A stretch of DNA of 64,000 nucleotides from an uncultured virus (IMG/VR IMGVR_UViG_3300049846_002026) (taxonomy: Duplodnaviria; Heunggongvirae; Uroviricota; Caudoviricetes). A program made the position numbers and the translations under genes. The notes beneath the pieces were generated by a model. It had not been told where the DNA came from and ran no database searches. It was given only the letters and a program-made list of their open reading frames with translations. This document shows, in pieces, positions 38,453-47,918 of this stretch. The stretch's first letter is position 1. Every line of letters begins with the position of its first letter. The stretch lies in IMG/VR virus record IMGVR_UViG_3300049846_002026; one strand, 5' to 3'.

Positions 38453-39604
38453 TTAGAACCTCGATGAAGCGGTAACAAGATTTGAGAATCCGCGTCCTTC
38501 GATTGCTTCATTGCCGAACACGCGCATGTGCACAAGGCAGCGCGCTCGGTCCGCATGGCTTTCCCAGCCGCCAGAATCGGTTTGAGAAGCATAGCTCACG
38601 TCATCTTCGAGCAGTTCGTTGACTCCGTCGTAGCCGAAGAACGAGCGGCGTTCGGCAGTACTGGCGAAGGACACAACTTGCACGCGCCAGCTGTTAGCAC
38701 CTTCCAACGGACGTAGCGTGATGCGAATGTTCTCCCCCGCATTCACACGAACCGGCGCACTGAGTCGATACTCATACAACGAAATAGCTGCAAGCGTACC
38801 GAGGCGGTTAGCCAGAACCACGTGTGCCGTTTCCAGCAACGTGTTATCCTTGTAGATGCCCAGTTCAGCAGTGGCTCCTGCGTTCGTTGACCGCACCGGA
38901 ATCTGAATCATCGTGATGTCGTAGCTCTTCTTGGGTACCCACAAACTACCGCGCTGATCGCTGCCAAGCCCAGGTCCGCCCGTGGTGGTGTTGAGATTGA
39001 AATCGCCACCCGTGTAGTCTCCTTGGAGAAACGCGTAAGGGGCTCCGAGGTAAATGTACGTGCCGTCGTTGCAGCTGAGGCGAACATTTGGCAAGCCACC
39101 TCGGTTAGCCCAGGCCGGGGCTCCGATATAGCTGGAAATCTGCGGGTACGTGACTCCAACGATACCCCAGTGGCGTGTGACCACGCTCGGCGCGGTACCG
39201 AATGCTGAGAAGTCCACAACAACCGCCAGCTCGTCGCCGATGTTCACTGTTCGAGAGGTGTCGAGTGTGAACGTGGTGTAGGTCGTCACCGAGACTGCCG
39301 TGATGTCCTGAGTACCGGACTGGTCAATGGTGCCGTCGTCGCGCACAGGGCTGCCCGTGCTCGTGTCCACGTCACGCAAGGACACGCGTACGGTGGTGGT
39401 ACCTGTGCCGTTGGCTTTGCTGTTAAACATCAGGTCAACAGCGGTGATGGTCTTAGAACCAGACTTCCAATGCGGGGCACCTACGCGTCCAATGTACGCC
39501 TCGCGCTCGGCGCTGGCGTCTAGCGTGTTGCCGGTGGCGTTAACGGCACCCTGCACGGAAAGCCCGTAAGGCATGGTGTCTACAATAAGCTTCTGTCCAC
39601 GCAT
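38453..39604 (-). CDS. Virion structural protein, paralog of 1..518
   Basis: Shares TLDA..E, RVSL..V.T..G.P...DG.(I/V)DQS, L.T.RTV..G...VV.DF blocks. Confidence 0.7.
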   Translation of the reverse strand: MRGQKLIVDTMPYGLSVQGAVNATGNTLDASAEREAYIGRVGAPHWKSGSKTITAVDLMFNSKANGTGTTTVRVSLRDVDTSTGSPVRDDGTIDQSGTQDITAVSVTTYTTFTLDTSRTVNIGDELAVVVDFSAFGTAPSVVTRHWGIVGVTYPQISSYIGAPAWANRGGLPNVRLSCNDGTYIYLGAPYAFLQGDYTGGDFNLNTTTGGPGLGSDQRGSLWVPKKSYDITMIQIPVRSTNAGATAELGIYKDNTLLETAHVVLANRLGTLAAISLYEYRLSAPVRVNAGENIRITLRPLEGANSWRVQVVSFASTAERRSFFGYDGVNELLEDDVSYASQTDSGGWESHADRARCLVHMRVFGNEAIEGRGFSNLVTASSRF

Positions 39605-39607
39605 AGC

Positions 39608-39844
39608 TTACACCTCTGGTTCGTCAATGATGAACGAGGCCATTGCCTTCTTGATCTTGGCCGCGTTCCAGCCGCCAGGGATCGGCATGTTAGTGTTCAT
39701 GTACGATAGGAGTCGTGCAAACGGGCTAGACCCAGCAATCGGCGTCGTAAACCAGGTACGCAAATGGTCCTGCGCCTGACCTTCCAGCACGTGCCGGCAT
39801 CCTGCATGCCCGTCAAAGTCATCGAGTGTCAGACGATTTGCCAT
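39608..39844 (-). CDS. Hypothetical protein
   Basis: 78 aa, tightly packed in operon. Confidence 0.6.
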   Translation of the reverse strand: MANRLTLDDFDGHAGCRHVLEGQAQDHLRTWFTTPIAGSSPFARLLSYMNTNMPIPGGWNAAKIKKAMASFIIDEPEV

Positions 39845-39846
39845 GA

Positions 39847-40284
39847 CTATTCCCTCCAGCCGAAACCGGCGATCGCATTGACCGCAGCAGGAGCATTTGC
39901 CTTGATGGCCAGGATGCCGGACTTCTGCACCACGATCTCGTCACCCAACGGGAACATCACGTGCTTGCCACCCTGTGGGTGGATGTTGAACCGGTACAGC
40001 ACATCACCGTCGGTGCCTTCCCCTGTCGCGGTGTGCTTCGCGGTGGCCAGTGCGTCGGTCGTTTCGACCTTGTCGCGTGGCGTTAGTGTGCTTCCAGTGA
40101 TTGTGGCCGTTTTGCGCAGGATCTCGACCACGACCGGCTGGCCGGTGCCGTTTACGCCGTCAAACTCGACCCACCACTCGGTCACGGCCAGTGTCTTACT
40201 CGATGGCGCGGTGATTTCGATGAGGGTCAGGGCCGTAGCGGCCGAAAGGGCGATTTCCGCCGTAACTGCTGTGTGCGTAGACAT
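39847..40284 (-). CDS. Small beta-rich virion protein
   Basis: 145 aa, Thr/Ala-rich, AAGGAG RBS. Confidence 0.6.
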   Translation of the reverse strand: MSTHTAVTAEIALSAATALTLIEITAPSSKTLAVTEWWVEFDGVNGTGQPVVVEILRKTATITGSTLTPRDKVETTDALATAKHTATGEGTDGDVLYRFNIHPQGGKHVMFPLGDEIVVQKSGILAIKANAPAAVNAIAGFGWRE

Positions 40285-40293
40285 TGATTCTCC

Positions 40294-41103
40294 TTAGGCG
40301 TTCAGGCGGTCTTGAACCGCATTGGTGAGCTGAGGTACGGTGACAGTGACGCTGCCACCGGCGGCGATGACCGTGTCGACCTGGGCTTCTGTGAAGTGGT
40401 ACCGGTGCCGACGATACACACCGAGTCGCTGGGTGATGTCGCTGCGGAATCGATCGCGCACGTCGGTCCGCTCAATCCGCACAACCGCAATGCCGTTCAC
40501 ATTACTCAGTACCGTGGCTCCGACTACAGTAGCTTGGCTTGCCATCGCTGCCGCAGCGGCCACCGGATCTGCCAAGTATCGCTGGTCCGCGCTGTAGTTG
40601 ACCTCGATGTCGTGTGTGCCGTTGGCCTGATTATAGGCCAGTTCGGTGAACACGATGGGGTTAATGTTGGTGCGCCAGAAGCCTTCGCTGGTTGCCGCGT
40701 TGTAGATGGCGATGTCAAACGTCACACCGCCGTTGGCGGCGCTCACAAACGAGGCATTCCATTGGTTCAGGAACACTTGAATCTGGTTCTGGGTCAAGCC
40801 GGCAAGCCCGCTAGTACCTGCAGTCAGGTTGGTCGCCCGAATACGGAACCCGTCGATGCTCAGGTTGGAGTTGAGCACCTCAAAGTCGATGTTGTAGACC
40901 CATGGCTGAACACGATCTTCGACCAGCGTGTGGTCGAGCCCTGGACATAGCACGCGCACGAATGTAGGCAGGCCCTCGCCCGCGCCCCAAACGTGTCCGT
41001 CAGGCTTGACCACAATGATGTCGCCCTTCTTGTGCAGGCCTTTGCGATCCTGCTCCGGATCTGGATGCGTGCGGTTGACCGCGAGTACGAGTAGTTCAGC
41101 CAT
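40294..41103 (-). CDS. Putative virion/tail-associated protein
   Basis: 269 aa, KKGDIIVVKPDGHVWG N-terminal motif, AAGGGAG RBS. Confidence 0.6.
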   Translation of the reverse strand: MAELLVLAVNRTHPDPEQDRKGLHKKGDIIVVKPDGHVWGAGEGLPTFVRVLCPGLDHTLVEDRVQPWVYNIDFEVLNSNLSIDGFRIRATNLTAGTSGLAGLTQNQIQVFLNQWNASFVSAANGGVTFDIAIYNAATSEGFWRTNINPIVFTELAYNQANGTHDIEVNYSADQRYLADPVAAAAAMASQATVVGATVLSNVNGIAVVRIERTDVRDRFRSDITQRLGVYRRHRYHFTEAQVDTVIAAGGSVTVTVPQLTNAVQDRLNA

Positions 41104-41112
41104 GGTGCTCCC

Positions 41113-41961
41113 TTAGCTCCACGCTTGCGCGCTAAAGCCTGTTCTGATTGGTCGATTATCCCACGCCTCAAAGTCTAGCGTGGCGTCAGTTCCACCTACG
41201 GTCACTGCTACGGTTTCTGCTGCCACTTCTCGGCCGGCTAGAACCGCAGCGCTCAAGCCAAACACACTCAGTCCGCCAGCTTCCGCGGGCATGACTACGG
41301 TGTGTCGCAGAGTGGCGTCCTGGCCCGTCAGCGTTACGCTAGTGGCGTCTGCTGCAACCTCAAAGCCACGTTCTAGAGACGCATCCTGGCCCGTGAGCAC
41401 CACTGCACCTGCGTCAGCGGCTACTTCAAAGCCCTTTTCAAGCGAAGCGTCTTGGCCCGCCAGGATAATCGATGCTGGGTCCGCTGCCACCAGATGGGTA
41501 TTCCGCAGCCCCGCATCTTGGCCTGTGAGTGCCACACTGCCTGCGTCGGCAGCAACCTCAAAGCCCTTCTCCAGGGAGGCATCGGTGCCTGTAAGTGCAA
41601 CTGCCCCGGTGTCCGCCGCAACTTCACGACCAAACTCCAGGTTAGCGTCAGTGCCGGTAAGTACGAGGGCCGCGGGGTCCGCCACAACCTTCGCTGTTTT
41701 GCGCAAACCGGCGTCACTACCGGTAAGCGCAACGCTTGTGGTATCCGCAGCGACTTCGAAGCCCTTCTCTAGACTGGCGTCCGTCCCTGTCAACAAGTAG
41801 GTCGCGGCGTCCGCAGCGACTTCGAAGCCCTTCTCCAGGTTCGCGTCGAGCCCGGTAACGGCCATAGCCCCAGCTGCGGCCCCTCCCGGCAGGGAGTAGG
41901 CCGCGGGGCCAGCCTGTTGCTGAGCCGCCTGCTGACTAAAGCCGTAGAAGTCCCACGTCAT
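41113..41961 (-). CDS. Fibre-like protein made almost wholly of 22-aa repeats
   Basis: About 11 copies of EVAADxxxxxLTGxDAxLEKGF; 66-bp nucleotide period. Confidence 0.7.
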   Translation of the reverse strand: MTWDFYGFSQQAAQQQAGPAAYSLPGGAAAGAMAVTGLDANLEKGFEVAADAATYLLTGTDASLEKGFEVAADTTSVALTGSDAGLRKTAKVVADPAALVLTGTDANLEFGREVAADTGAVALTGTDASLEKGFEVAADAGSVALTGQDAGLRNTHLVAADPASIILAGQDASLEKGFEVAADAGAVVLTGQDASLERGFEVAADATSVTLTGQDATLRHTVVMPAEAGGLSVFGLSAAVLAGREVAAETVAVTVGGTDATLDFEAWDNRPIRTGFSAQAWS

Positions 41962-41963
41962 GC

Positions 41964-42317
41964 TTAGGCGATCTTACGGATGGAGTACGCGATAGAGCGA
42001 TCCGCACCTGCAGTGCGAATGATGGTCATGTCCCAACCGTGCATGAGCTGCAGCGGCGGAAACACCGCCACCGCACCGTCTGTGCCTTGTGCATCGCTGA
42101 ACACATAGAGCTGACACACACGCTTGGTACTAGAACTTTGCACCTTCTCGTAGAAACGCACTTCGAACATGTCGCCCTGCGCAAGGTTGTTCAGTTCCAG
42201 GAACAGCTGGTATACGCCGTCGTCAGTCACGCTCTGGAGCGTACTGGTACCGCTCACAAAGCTGAGCTCGGTCGTGCTTGCGGTGAATGAGCCGACGTAG
42301 GCTTCACTTAGTGCCAT
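41964..42317 (-). CDS. Small beta-sandwich virion protein
   Basis: 117 aa, GAGGA RBS, structural block. Confidence 0.6.
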   Translation of the reverse strand: MALSEAYVGSFTASTTELSFVSGTSTLQSVTDDGVYQLFLELNNLAQGDMFEVRFYEKVQSSSTKRVCQLYVFSDAQGTDGAVAVFPPLQLMHGWDMTIIRTAGADRSIAYSIRKIA

Positions 42318-42329
42318 GAAGAGTTCCTC

Positions 42330-43151
42330 TTAGTAGAAGCAGTAGAACGCCACGTCATGCGCAATGGCCGTGCCGCTCGCTTCTGCACGAATCTGCAGCT
42401 GCGTGCCGCTTGGCAACCAGCGATAGAAGGGCTCGTTCGGGAAAGGACCAATGACCTGCTCCGTGGTATTGCTCACCGTGTACCACTCCGCAATCGTGGT
42501 GGAGCTGATACGTAGTTCCCAGTGATACGCGATGTTGGTCATGGTCGTGTTGGCCAGCGAACCTTGTACCTGAAGCATCACCGCGCCGTAGTTTCGGCTG
42601 AGTGTGCTGCCAATGCTGGCATCGGTCGATTCGGCACCGGTGTTGCCTGGCGTGTGACTGGTACCACCGGAACTTGCTGCGCTGGTGCCGTAAGCGTCAC
42701 AGCGGTTGAACAGGTAGTCAGGCCGCGGCCCGCACCCGTACACGAACGTAAACATCACGTCGACCGTGTCGCTGGCAATCAGGGCTTGGCAACGAGCCGC
42801 CACTCGCGTGCCTTTGGCGATGAACAAGGGAATGAACACGGACTGCGGTCCCGTGCTCTGCGCGGCACGCCAGCCCGCCAAGAACTCCGGCAGGATCACC
42901 GTTTCTGTCGCGCTACCAACCGCCACATCGATCATGAGATCGGTGCGGGTCGCCGAGCTGGTCGTACCCGCAAATGTCATCCAGAAGCCATGGACATCAA
43001 AGGCCGTGCTGGCAACGATTTGCGTGTAGGTGCCCTTCGCGTGTGGAGTAGCGTTGGCAGTGAGTCGGGTAGCGAAGTTCGTCGTGTTCGGTGTTGCCAC
43101 GAGATTGCTCGCCCACCCGCCGCAACTGCCACGTCGTGGAGTTACGAGCAT
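42330..43151 (-). CDS. Virion protein with two related beta domains
   Basis: Internal similarity PLFIAKGTRVAARCQA / YRWLPSGTQLQIRAEA. Confidence 0.6.
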   Translation of the reverse strand: MLVTPRRGSCGGWASNLVATPNTTNFATRLTANATPHAKGTYTQIVASTAFDVHGFWMTFAGTTSSATRTDLMIDVAVGSATETVILPEFLAGWRAAQSTGPQSVFIPLFIAKGTRVAARCQALIASDTVDVMFTFVYGCGPRPDYLFNRCDAYGTSAASSGGTSHTPGNTGAESTDASIGSTLSRNYGAVMLQVQGSLANTTMTNIAYHWELRISSTTIAEWYTVSNTTEQVIGPFPNEPFYRWLPSGTQLQIRAEASGTAIAHDVAFYCFY

Positions 43152-43169
43152 GTAAAGGCTCCTTAAACG

Positions 43170-43204
43170 CCAACGGCCAGGCCCCTGCTGGAGCTGGCCG
43201 TTGG
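43170..43204 (-). terminator. Hairpin after 43224..43640
   Basis: 11-bp stem CCAACGGCCAG/CTGGCCGTTGG followed on the minus strand by CGTTT. Confidence 0.55.
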
Positions 43205-43223
43205 TGTAAGCTGAGGGTGGGGC

Positions 43224-43640
43224 TTACGCGACGGTGAGTACCGAGGCGCCGAAGTCCGTGGTGAACGTTTCGCCGTTCGCCAGCGAAATGCTCGAACCGT
43301 AGTCCCACCAGCCGATCAGCGGATCCGCCGGCGAGGTTGGGGTGTCGTTGTACAGCACCACGTACCGGAACGGTCCTACTGCGCCGGTTGCGGTCCACAC
43401 AACGTCTACACCGGTCAGTGTGCCGGTGCCGCCGGTCTCGGTGTAGCCGTTCTGGATGTCTTCTCCGTTGGCGACGTAGCCGTTGCCCGCAGAGATCTCG
43501 GCTAGATCAGCCTTAACCGCCATCGTGGCCGCGTTCGGGGCGGTGTTGCTCAGGTACACACGCAGTGTACCAGTGTTCAAGTTGTGAACACCGAGCCCCA
43601 GGTCCTCGGCGAACTGCTGGAACTTGTTGAAAGTAGCCAT
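43224..43640 (-). CDS. Conserved virion/tail-fibre structural protein
   Basis: EISAGNGY, GPFRYVVLYNDT, DPLIGWWDYG motifs typical of phage structural blocks. Confidence 0.7.
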   Translation of the reverse strand: MATFNKFQQFAEDLGLGVHNLNTGTLRVYLSNTAPNAATMAVKADLAEISAGNGYVANGEDIQNGYTETGGTGTLTGVDVVWTATGAVGPFRYVVLYNDTPTSPADPLIGWWDYGSSISLANGETFTTDFGASVLTVA

Positions 43641-43715
43641 GTGTGCACTCCTGTGCTAGTTGGTGTTGCAGTTACCCGACGGTCAACGTAACCACGGGTG
43701 ATTGTACTTCCGCGG

Positions 43716-44144
43716 CTAGAAGCCCCGCGCTACGGCCATGACGTCGAACGAAAGGGCGGCGTCATTGTAGATGAATCCCACCCGGTCGGTCCGGTTCGGG
43801 TCAGTGCTTAGCGAGATCATTGGCAGACTGTTCGAATACCGCACGTTGGCTGGCCAGTTGACTGGGTAGCCTCCACCAGCGTCGTGCGTGAGTTCGAGAA
43901 TCACCCGGCGTCCATCGGTCACCGCGGCGAACGACGTAAACGTCGTTGCGCCTTGCAGCACGACTCGGATCAGGTCAAAGTTGCCCCAATCGATCGTCAT
44001 GCTCGGCGCCCAAGTTGCCGTACCAATCCGAAGGCTAGAGCTGCCTCCAGGTCCCTGCGTTCCTACGCTCACGATGCGGACCACCCCTTCCTCAACCGTT
44101 ACCCGGTTGACTGCCGTCTGGTCGGTTACCACGATACTAGTCAT
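43716..44144 (-). CDS. Tail-fibre-associated protein
   Basis: GTQGPGG linker then LELTHDAGG...WPANV domain. Confidence 0.6.
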   Translation of the reverse strand: MTSIVVTDQTAVNRVTVEEGVVRIVSVGTQGPGGSSSLRIGTATWAPSMTIDWGNFDLIRVVLQGATTFTSFAAVTDGRRVILELTHDAGGGYPVNWPANVRYSNSLPMISLSTDPNRTDRVGFIYNDAALSFDVMAVARGF

Positions 44145-44488
44145 CGTGTCACCTCACGGCTGAGGGTGAACTTCCCCTCCAGGATCCGCGTTACTACGCC
44201 TCCAGGACTCACGAGCTCGATGTCGTACACTCCGCTGTCGGCAATCCCAGCCGTTAGCGTCGCAGTCAACGCCAGATCCAGCTTCCCTTCAGCCGGCGTC
44301 AGCACGATACGGCCGTTGGCCGTTGTGAGTTCGATGAGCGTGGTGGTAGACTTGAGGGTCTTGCGCACGTGCATCCGCGCCGTGTACCCGGTGAGATCGA
44401 TCGGGCTCTCATTCTCGTCTAGCCATTGCAACGTCCGTGCGAACGTCGCTCCCTGCTCGCATGTGATGTCGTAACGGCCAGCGGCCAT
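44141..44488 (-). CDS. Baseplate/fibre-anchoring protein (BppU-N-like)
   Basis: EQGATF, PIDLTGYTARM.VR, VYDIEL, RILEG.F.LS.EVTR signature. Confidence 0.75.
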   Translation of the reverse strand: MAAGRYDITCEQGATFARTLQWLDENESPIDLTGYTARMHVRKTLKSTTTLIELTTANGRIVLTPAEGKLDLALTATLTAGIADSGVYDIELVSPGGVVTRILEGKFTLSREVTR

Positions 44489-44497
44489 GGTGAGCTC

Positions 44498-44821
<324 letters not shown>

Positions 44822-44822
44822 G

Positions 44823-45365
44823 TTACACCCCCGACAGTTTCAGAAGTCGTTCCAGCTCTGCTACAAGATTCGCTCGCTTCAGCCAGTCGTTGCCCCATGG
44901 ATCGGGCTTGCGTCCGAACTGACCGGCCTTTGGATGGTCTGGGCCATAGACCGCGACGTCCGCGTGGCCCAACACCCGCCAGAGATCCTTCGTGCCCCAC
45001 TTCATGCTCAGGAACACCTCGTGCCCAACGGCCACGGCCATGTTCACGGCTGCTTGCGTCGGTGCCACCGGCGGTCCACCAGCAAGGGCGATGTTGATCG
45101 TCACGTGGTTGGCCAGGGCCAGGCTTTCCGGGAAGCCCGGTGGCGTTTTGGCGTGACCAACTGACCAGGCGGCGGTTGTCTTCCACTCGTCGAACGGGAT
45201 CAGGTCGCGCCGCTCGCCCGTGGGGCTGATGATGGTGTGGTAGCTGACGTCACTCTCGTCACGTAGGCACCAATCCACCGCGCTCTTGAACGTCCCGCCA
45301 GTCCAGTGGTACACTACCGCGACGATCGGCTTACGTCGGATCGATCGGTTCGGTGTGTAGTTCAT
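44823..45365 (-). CDS. Endolysin, N-acetylmuramoyl-L-alanine amidase (amidase_2)
   Basis: VVYHWT, SYHTII, VLGHAD, KPDP Zn-ligand motifs. Confidence 0.85.
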   Translation of the reverse strand: MNYTPNRSIRRKPIVAVVYHWTGGTFKSAVDWCLRDESDVSYHTIISPTGERRDLIPFDEWKTTAAWSVGHAKTPPGFPESLALANHVTINIALAGGPPVAPTQAAVNMAVAVGHEVFLSMKWGTKDLWRVLGHADVAVYGPDHPKAGQFGRKPDPWGNDWLKRANLVAELERLLKLSGV

Positions 45366-45751
45366 AGCTTACGCGTGTCGCGCTCGTCTTCATCCGGAAC
45401 CCGACCCGGCTCCTTGTCCAGGGGCATCAGCTTGCCGACACTGTTGGCCAGTTCGGACGGCACCTTGCTTGTGCCGGCGATGCGCATCTTGTCGAGCGGT
45501 AGGCTGCTCAGGAACACGAGGCCTAGGATGCCGGCGAGGAACGTGAGCACCGCCACGATCACCTGAAGGCCCGGGGTCCACTTCTCAGAACTGAACATCC
45601 AAGTTAGGAACACCGCGTACGCGAACGCCAAGAACCCGGTCAGGCGACTGAGATCAAGCTCAAGTCCCCAGTACGGGCTCTCGTCCGTCGGGGGATGCAC
45701 GATGAAGATCAGGTTGTATAGGGCCGGATAAGGGCTCTTGTTAGTCGACAT
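45362..45751 (-). CDS. Putative holin
   Basis: Two hydrophobic segments, charged C-terminus, coupled to amidase start. Confidence 0.65.
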   Translation of the reverse strand: MSTNKSPYPALYNLIFIVHPPTDESPYWGLELDLSRLTGFLAFAYAVFLTWMFSSEKWTPGLQVIVAVLTFLAGILGLVFLSSLPLDKMRIAGTSKVPSELANSVGKLMPLDKEPGRVPDEDERDTRKL

Positions 45752-46250
45752 TGCGCAGCTCTCCACCGTTGATCAGGGCCCACCAGCGCACGCTGATCGT
45801 TGGGCTCCACCAAGCGTCCATGAACGCCTCCTTGGGGAGGCTTCGCACCATCACACGGCCAAGGGCACCAGGATCGAAGTAGTACACCCGGTCATCCCGG
45901 ACGTCCACCACCACCCACACGTGCGGAGCCATCTCGGTCGTGTTGAATACTTCCACGATCGGCCATCGTCCAGACCGTACCGCAGAGGTCAACCGGCGAA
46001 TGCTGCCGGTCTTGAACGTCCGAAGAGTCCAGGGGGCGGCCGTGTTGAACGCCTTGCTGGCGCCACGGACCGCCCGGCGGATTTCAGCCGTGCCGCTGCC
46101 GTACTGCAGGATCGGCGCATGGGGGCGTGTGGCGAGTGCCACCAACGCCGATTCCGAGATGCGTAGACCGAACTGTTTGTGCAGTACGGTTCGGACCGCG
46201 GCCATGGCGCAGGTCGAGTCCCGTTCCTGAGCGTGAAGGAATCTACGCAT
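45741..46250 (-). CDS. C39-like cysteine peptidase
   Basis: QERDSTCAMAAVRTVL, GTA.I, HVWVV, YYFDP (Q-C-H-D). Confidence 0.8.
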   Translation of the reverse strand: MRRFLHAQERDSTCAMAAVRTVLHKQFGLRISESALVALATRPHAPILQYGSGTAEIRRAVRGASKAFNTAAPWTLRTFKTGSIRRLTSAVRSGRWPIVEVFNTTEMAPHVWVVVDVRDDRVYYFDPGALGRVMVRSLPKEAFMDAWWSPTISVRWWALINGGELRNVD

Positions 46251-46255
46251 TCTTC

Positions 46256-46292
46256 TTCCAGTAGGTCGAAGGTTATGGCGTCAGACCGCTAA
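46256..46292 (-). promoter_or_regulatory. Candidate phage late promoter TTAGCG-N18-CGACCTACTG
   Basis: Motif copy directly ahead of the lysis/fibre block. Confidence 0.65.
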
Positions 46293-46584
46293 TCTTCTGT
46301 GCCACCTGCACTTCGAGCTCGCCCAGGTTCGCTTGATTAAGCGCCCAGGCGAGCTCTTCGCTGTCCAACAGCACCCGCTGCAGCTCCTCCGCCAGGTCCG
46401 TTTCCCCACGAATATGGGGCGCCACTTCCAGCATGTGGCGATACCGGCGCAGATCAACCTCGTCGATGCCCTCCACGTCCTCGTAGATCCCTAGCAGAAC
46501 CTCGACGATCGGAGGCGTAAGTTCTTCAGGCCATTGAACTTCTACGAGTTCGCATCCCTCATGGGCTAGTACCTGTACCAGCAT
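46273..46584 (-). CDS. Acidic hypothetical protein
   Basis: 103 aa from MLVQVLAHE. Confidence 0.6.
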   Translation of the reverse strand: MLVQVLAHEGCELVEVQWPEELTPPIVEVLLGIYEDVEGIDEVDLRRYRHMLEVAPHIRGETDLAEELQRVLLDSEELAWALNQANLGELEVQVAQKISGLTP

Positions 46585-47206
46585 TGTGCACCCCCACGTA
46601 AAGGCGGTAACCGGAACTGCGCTCAAGCATACGTCGTGTCAACTGGGCCCCCACCGAACTGGTCAGGGCCTTTTGCACGCCGTCCAGGTTTCCGCCCGGG
46701 AGGGTGATGTTCCCGGTCCACATCGTCGGGCGCCTGGCGTCGAACCGGCTCATGGCAATCTCTGCCATGACGTCGAACTGCCAGGAGCCCAGGCGGACCA
46801 TCGCGAAGTCGTCGATCACCAAGAAGGGGACGTTGATCCACTCCTGGATCTGCTCACTGGTCCGCTCGGCGTACCGCGCCCGTTCCAACCGGGTCAGGTC
46901 CACCGGAATCGTGCACCATCCGGTCTTCACCAGGGCCTTGGTGCGGATCTGGTTGCTCAGGATGGCTGCTGAAACGCTTTTAAACGCCCCAGGAGGGCCG
47001 ATCAGGAGGGGAGCCATACCCTGGGCACCCTCCGACCAGAACTTCGCGCCATAAGCCGAAATAACGCGCTTAAGGCCCTTCGTGGGGAGCATGTCGAACG
47101 TTACGCCGTCGAACTGGTACGGAACCGGGCTTGGGCCAACGAGGTCGATATGGGGCTCGGCCGCCTGGCGAAGCCAGTTCGGGGCCGGAGTAGTGGCAGC
47201 AAGCAC
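46559..47206 (-). CDS. DnaC/IstB-like AAA+ helicase loader
   Basis: LLIGPPGAFKS, FLVIDDF, SRFD..RPTMWTGN, TRRMLE; downstream of initiator. Confidence 0.8.
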   Translation of the reverse strand: MLAATTPAPNWLRQAAEPHIDLVGPSPVPYQFDGVTFDMLPTKGLKRVISAYGAKFWSEGAQGMAPLLIGPPGAFKSVSAAILSNQIRTKALVKTGWCTIPVDLTRLERARYAERTSEQIQEWINVPFLVIDDFAMVRLGSWQFDVMAEIAMSRFDARRPTMWTGNITLPGGNLDGVQKALTSSVGAQLTRRMLERSSGYRLYVGVHNAGTGTSP

Positions 47207-47209
47207 AGG

Positions 47210-47686
47210 TTAGCTCAGCGGAAGGTTTTCGGGATTCCACGCGAGCCGCTGCTCCAGCCCCAAACCTGAACGCACCTTGATTTCGAGGTGGCGAATGGCC
47301 GGCGTCGGGCTATGCGGGTTCTCAACGGCGTGGTCAAACACATCGGCGAGCAAGCCCGCCTGTTCCTGGGTCAAGCTACTCTCACGTGCCCGGTCGAGCA
47401 AGGTGCCGATCGTGCTGATCGCCCGTTGCACCTGGACCCCGGTGAGATCGGGCACCAAGCCGTTGTGCATGATGCCCTTGCTCACCAGCGCCTCCGCCAG
47501 CATGAGGTCCTCATCGAGCCCGGTTTCCTCCGCTTCTTCGAGCAGCACCGTCATGGCCTTCCGGTGCAGCCGTGCACTGTGGGTCGCGGTCACCTCGTAC
47601 AGCACCTCGCGCAAGAACCGGCGTTCTTGCGGACTCGGAGCAGCCGCGATGGCGCGCTGCAGGGCGTCGAGGTGCTCTGGGGTCAT
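47210..47686 (-). CDS. Hypothetical protein
   Basis: Start MTPEHL after GGAG, overlapping upstream stop. Confidence 0.65.
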   Translation of the reverse strand: MTPEHLDALQRAIAAAPSPQERRFLREVLYEVTATHSARLHRKAMTVLLEEAEETGLDEDLMLAEALVSKGIMHNGLVPDLTGVQVQRAISTIGTLLDRARESSLTQEQAGLLADVFDHAVENPHSPTPAIRHLEIKVRSGLGLEQRLAWNPENLPLS

Positions 47687-47913
47687 ACGATCTCCAGAAT
47701 GCGACGAAGGTGGGCGCTCTTGGCCGGCTTGCACTCCCCGCTTGGACTCAGGAGCCAAGCGGTCCATTCGCCGGGGGTGCGGCACAGCAGCAGAAAGCCG
47801 CCAGCCGGAAGGGGGAGGGTGGCCAGGTCCTGCCGGCCATTGCTTTGCTCGCTCTCGCAGCGTGACCAGAGGGACTCGAAGTACTCCTCGGCCAGGTGCA
47901 TGTTTTCGCCCAT
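47683..47913 (-). CDS. Hypothetical protein
   Basis: 76 aa, fills gap in operon. Confidence 0.55.
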   Translation of the reverse strand: MGENMHLAEEYFESLWSRCESEQSNGRQDLATLPLPAGGFLLLCRTPGEWTAWLLSPSGECKPAKSAHLRRILEIV

Positions 47914-47918
47914 GGGTG

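Noticed and set aside
36359..41961. 66-bp repeats as a CRISPR-like array
   Set aside because: They are degenerate in-frame coding repeats with no unique spacers.
44823..45365. Inactive amidase (no Glu at the SIGIE position)
   Set aside because: Zn ligands and the Tyr of SYH are present, as in T7-lysozyme-type amidases.
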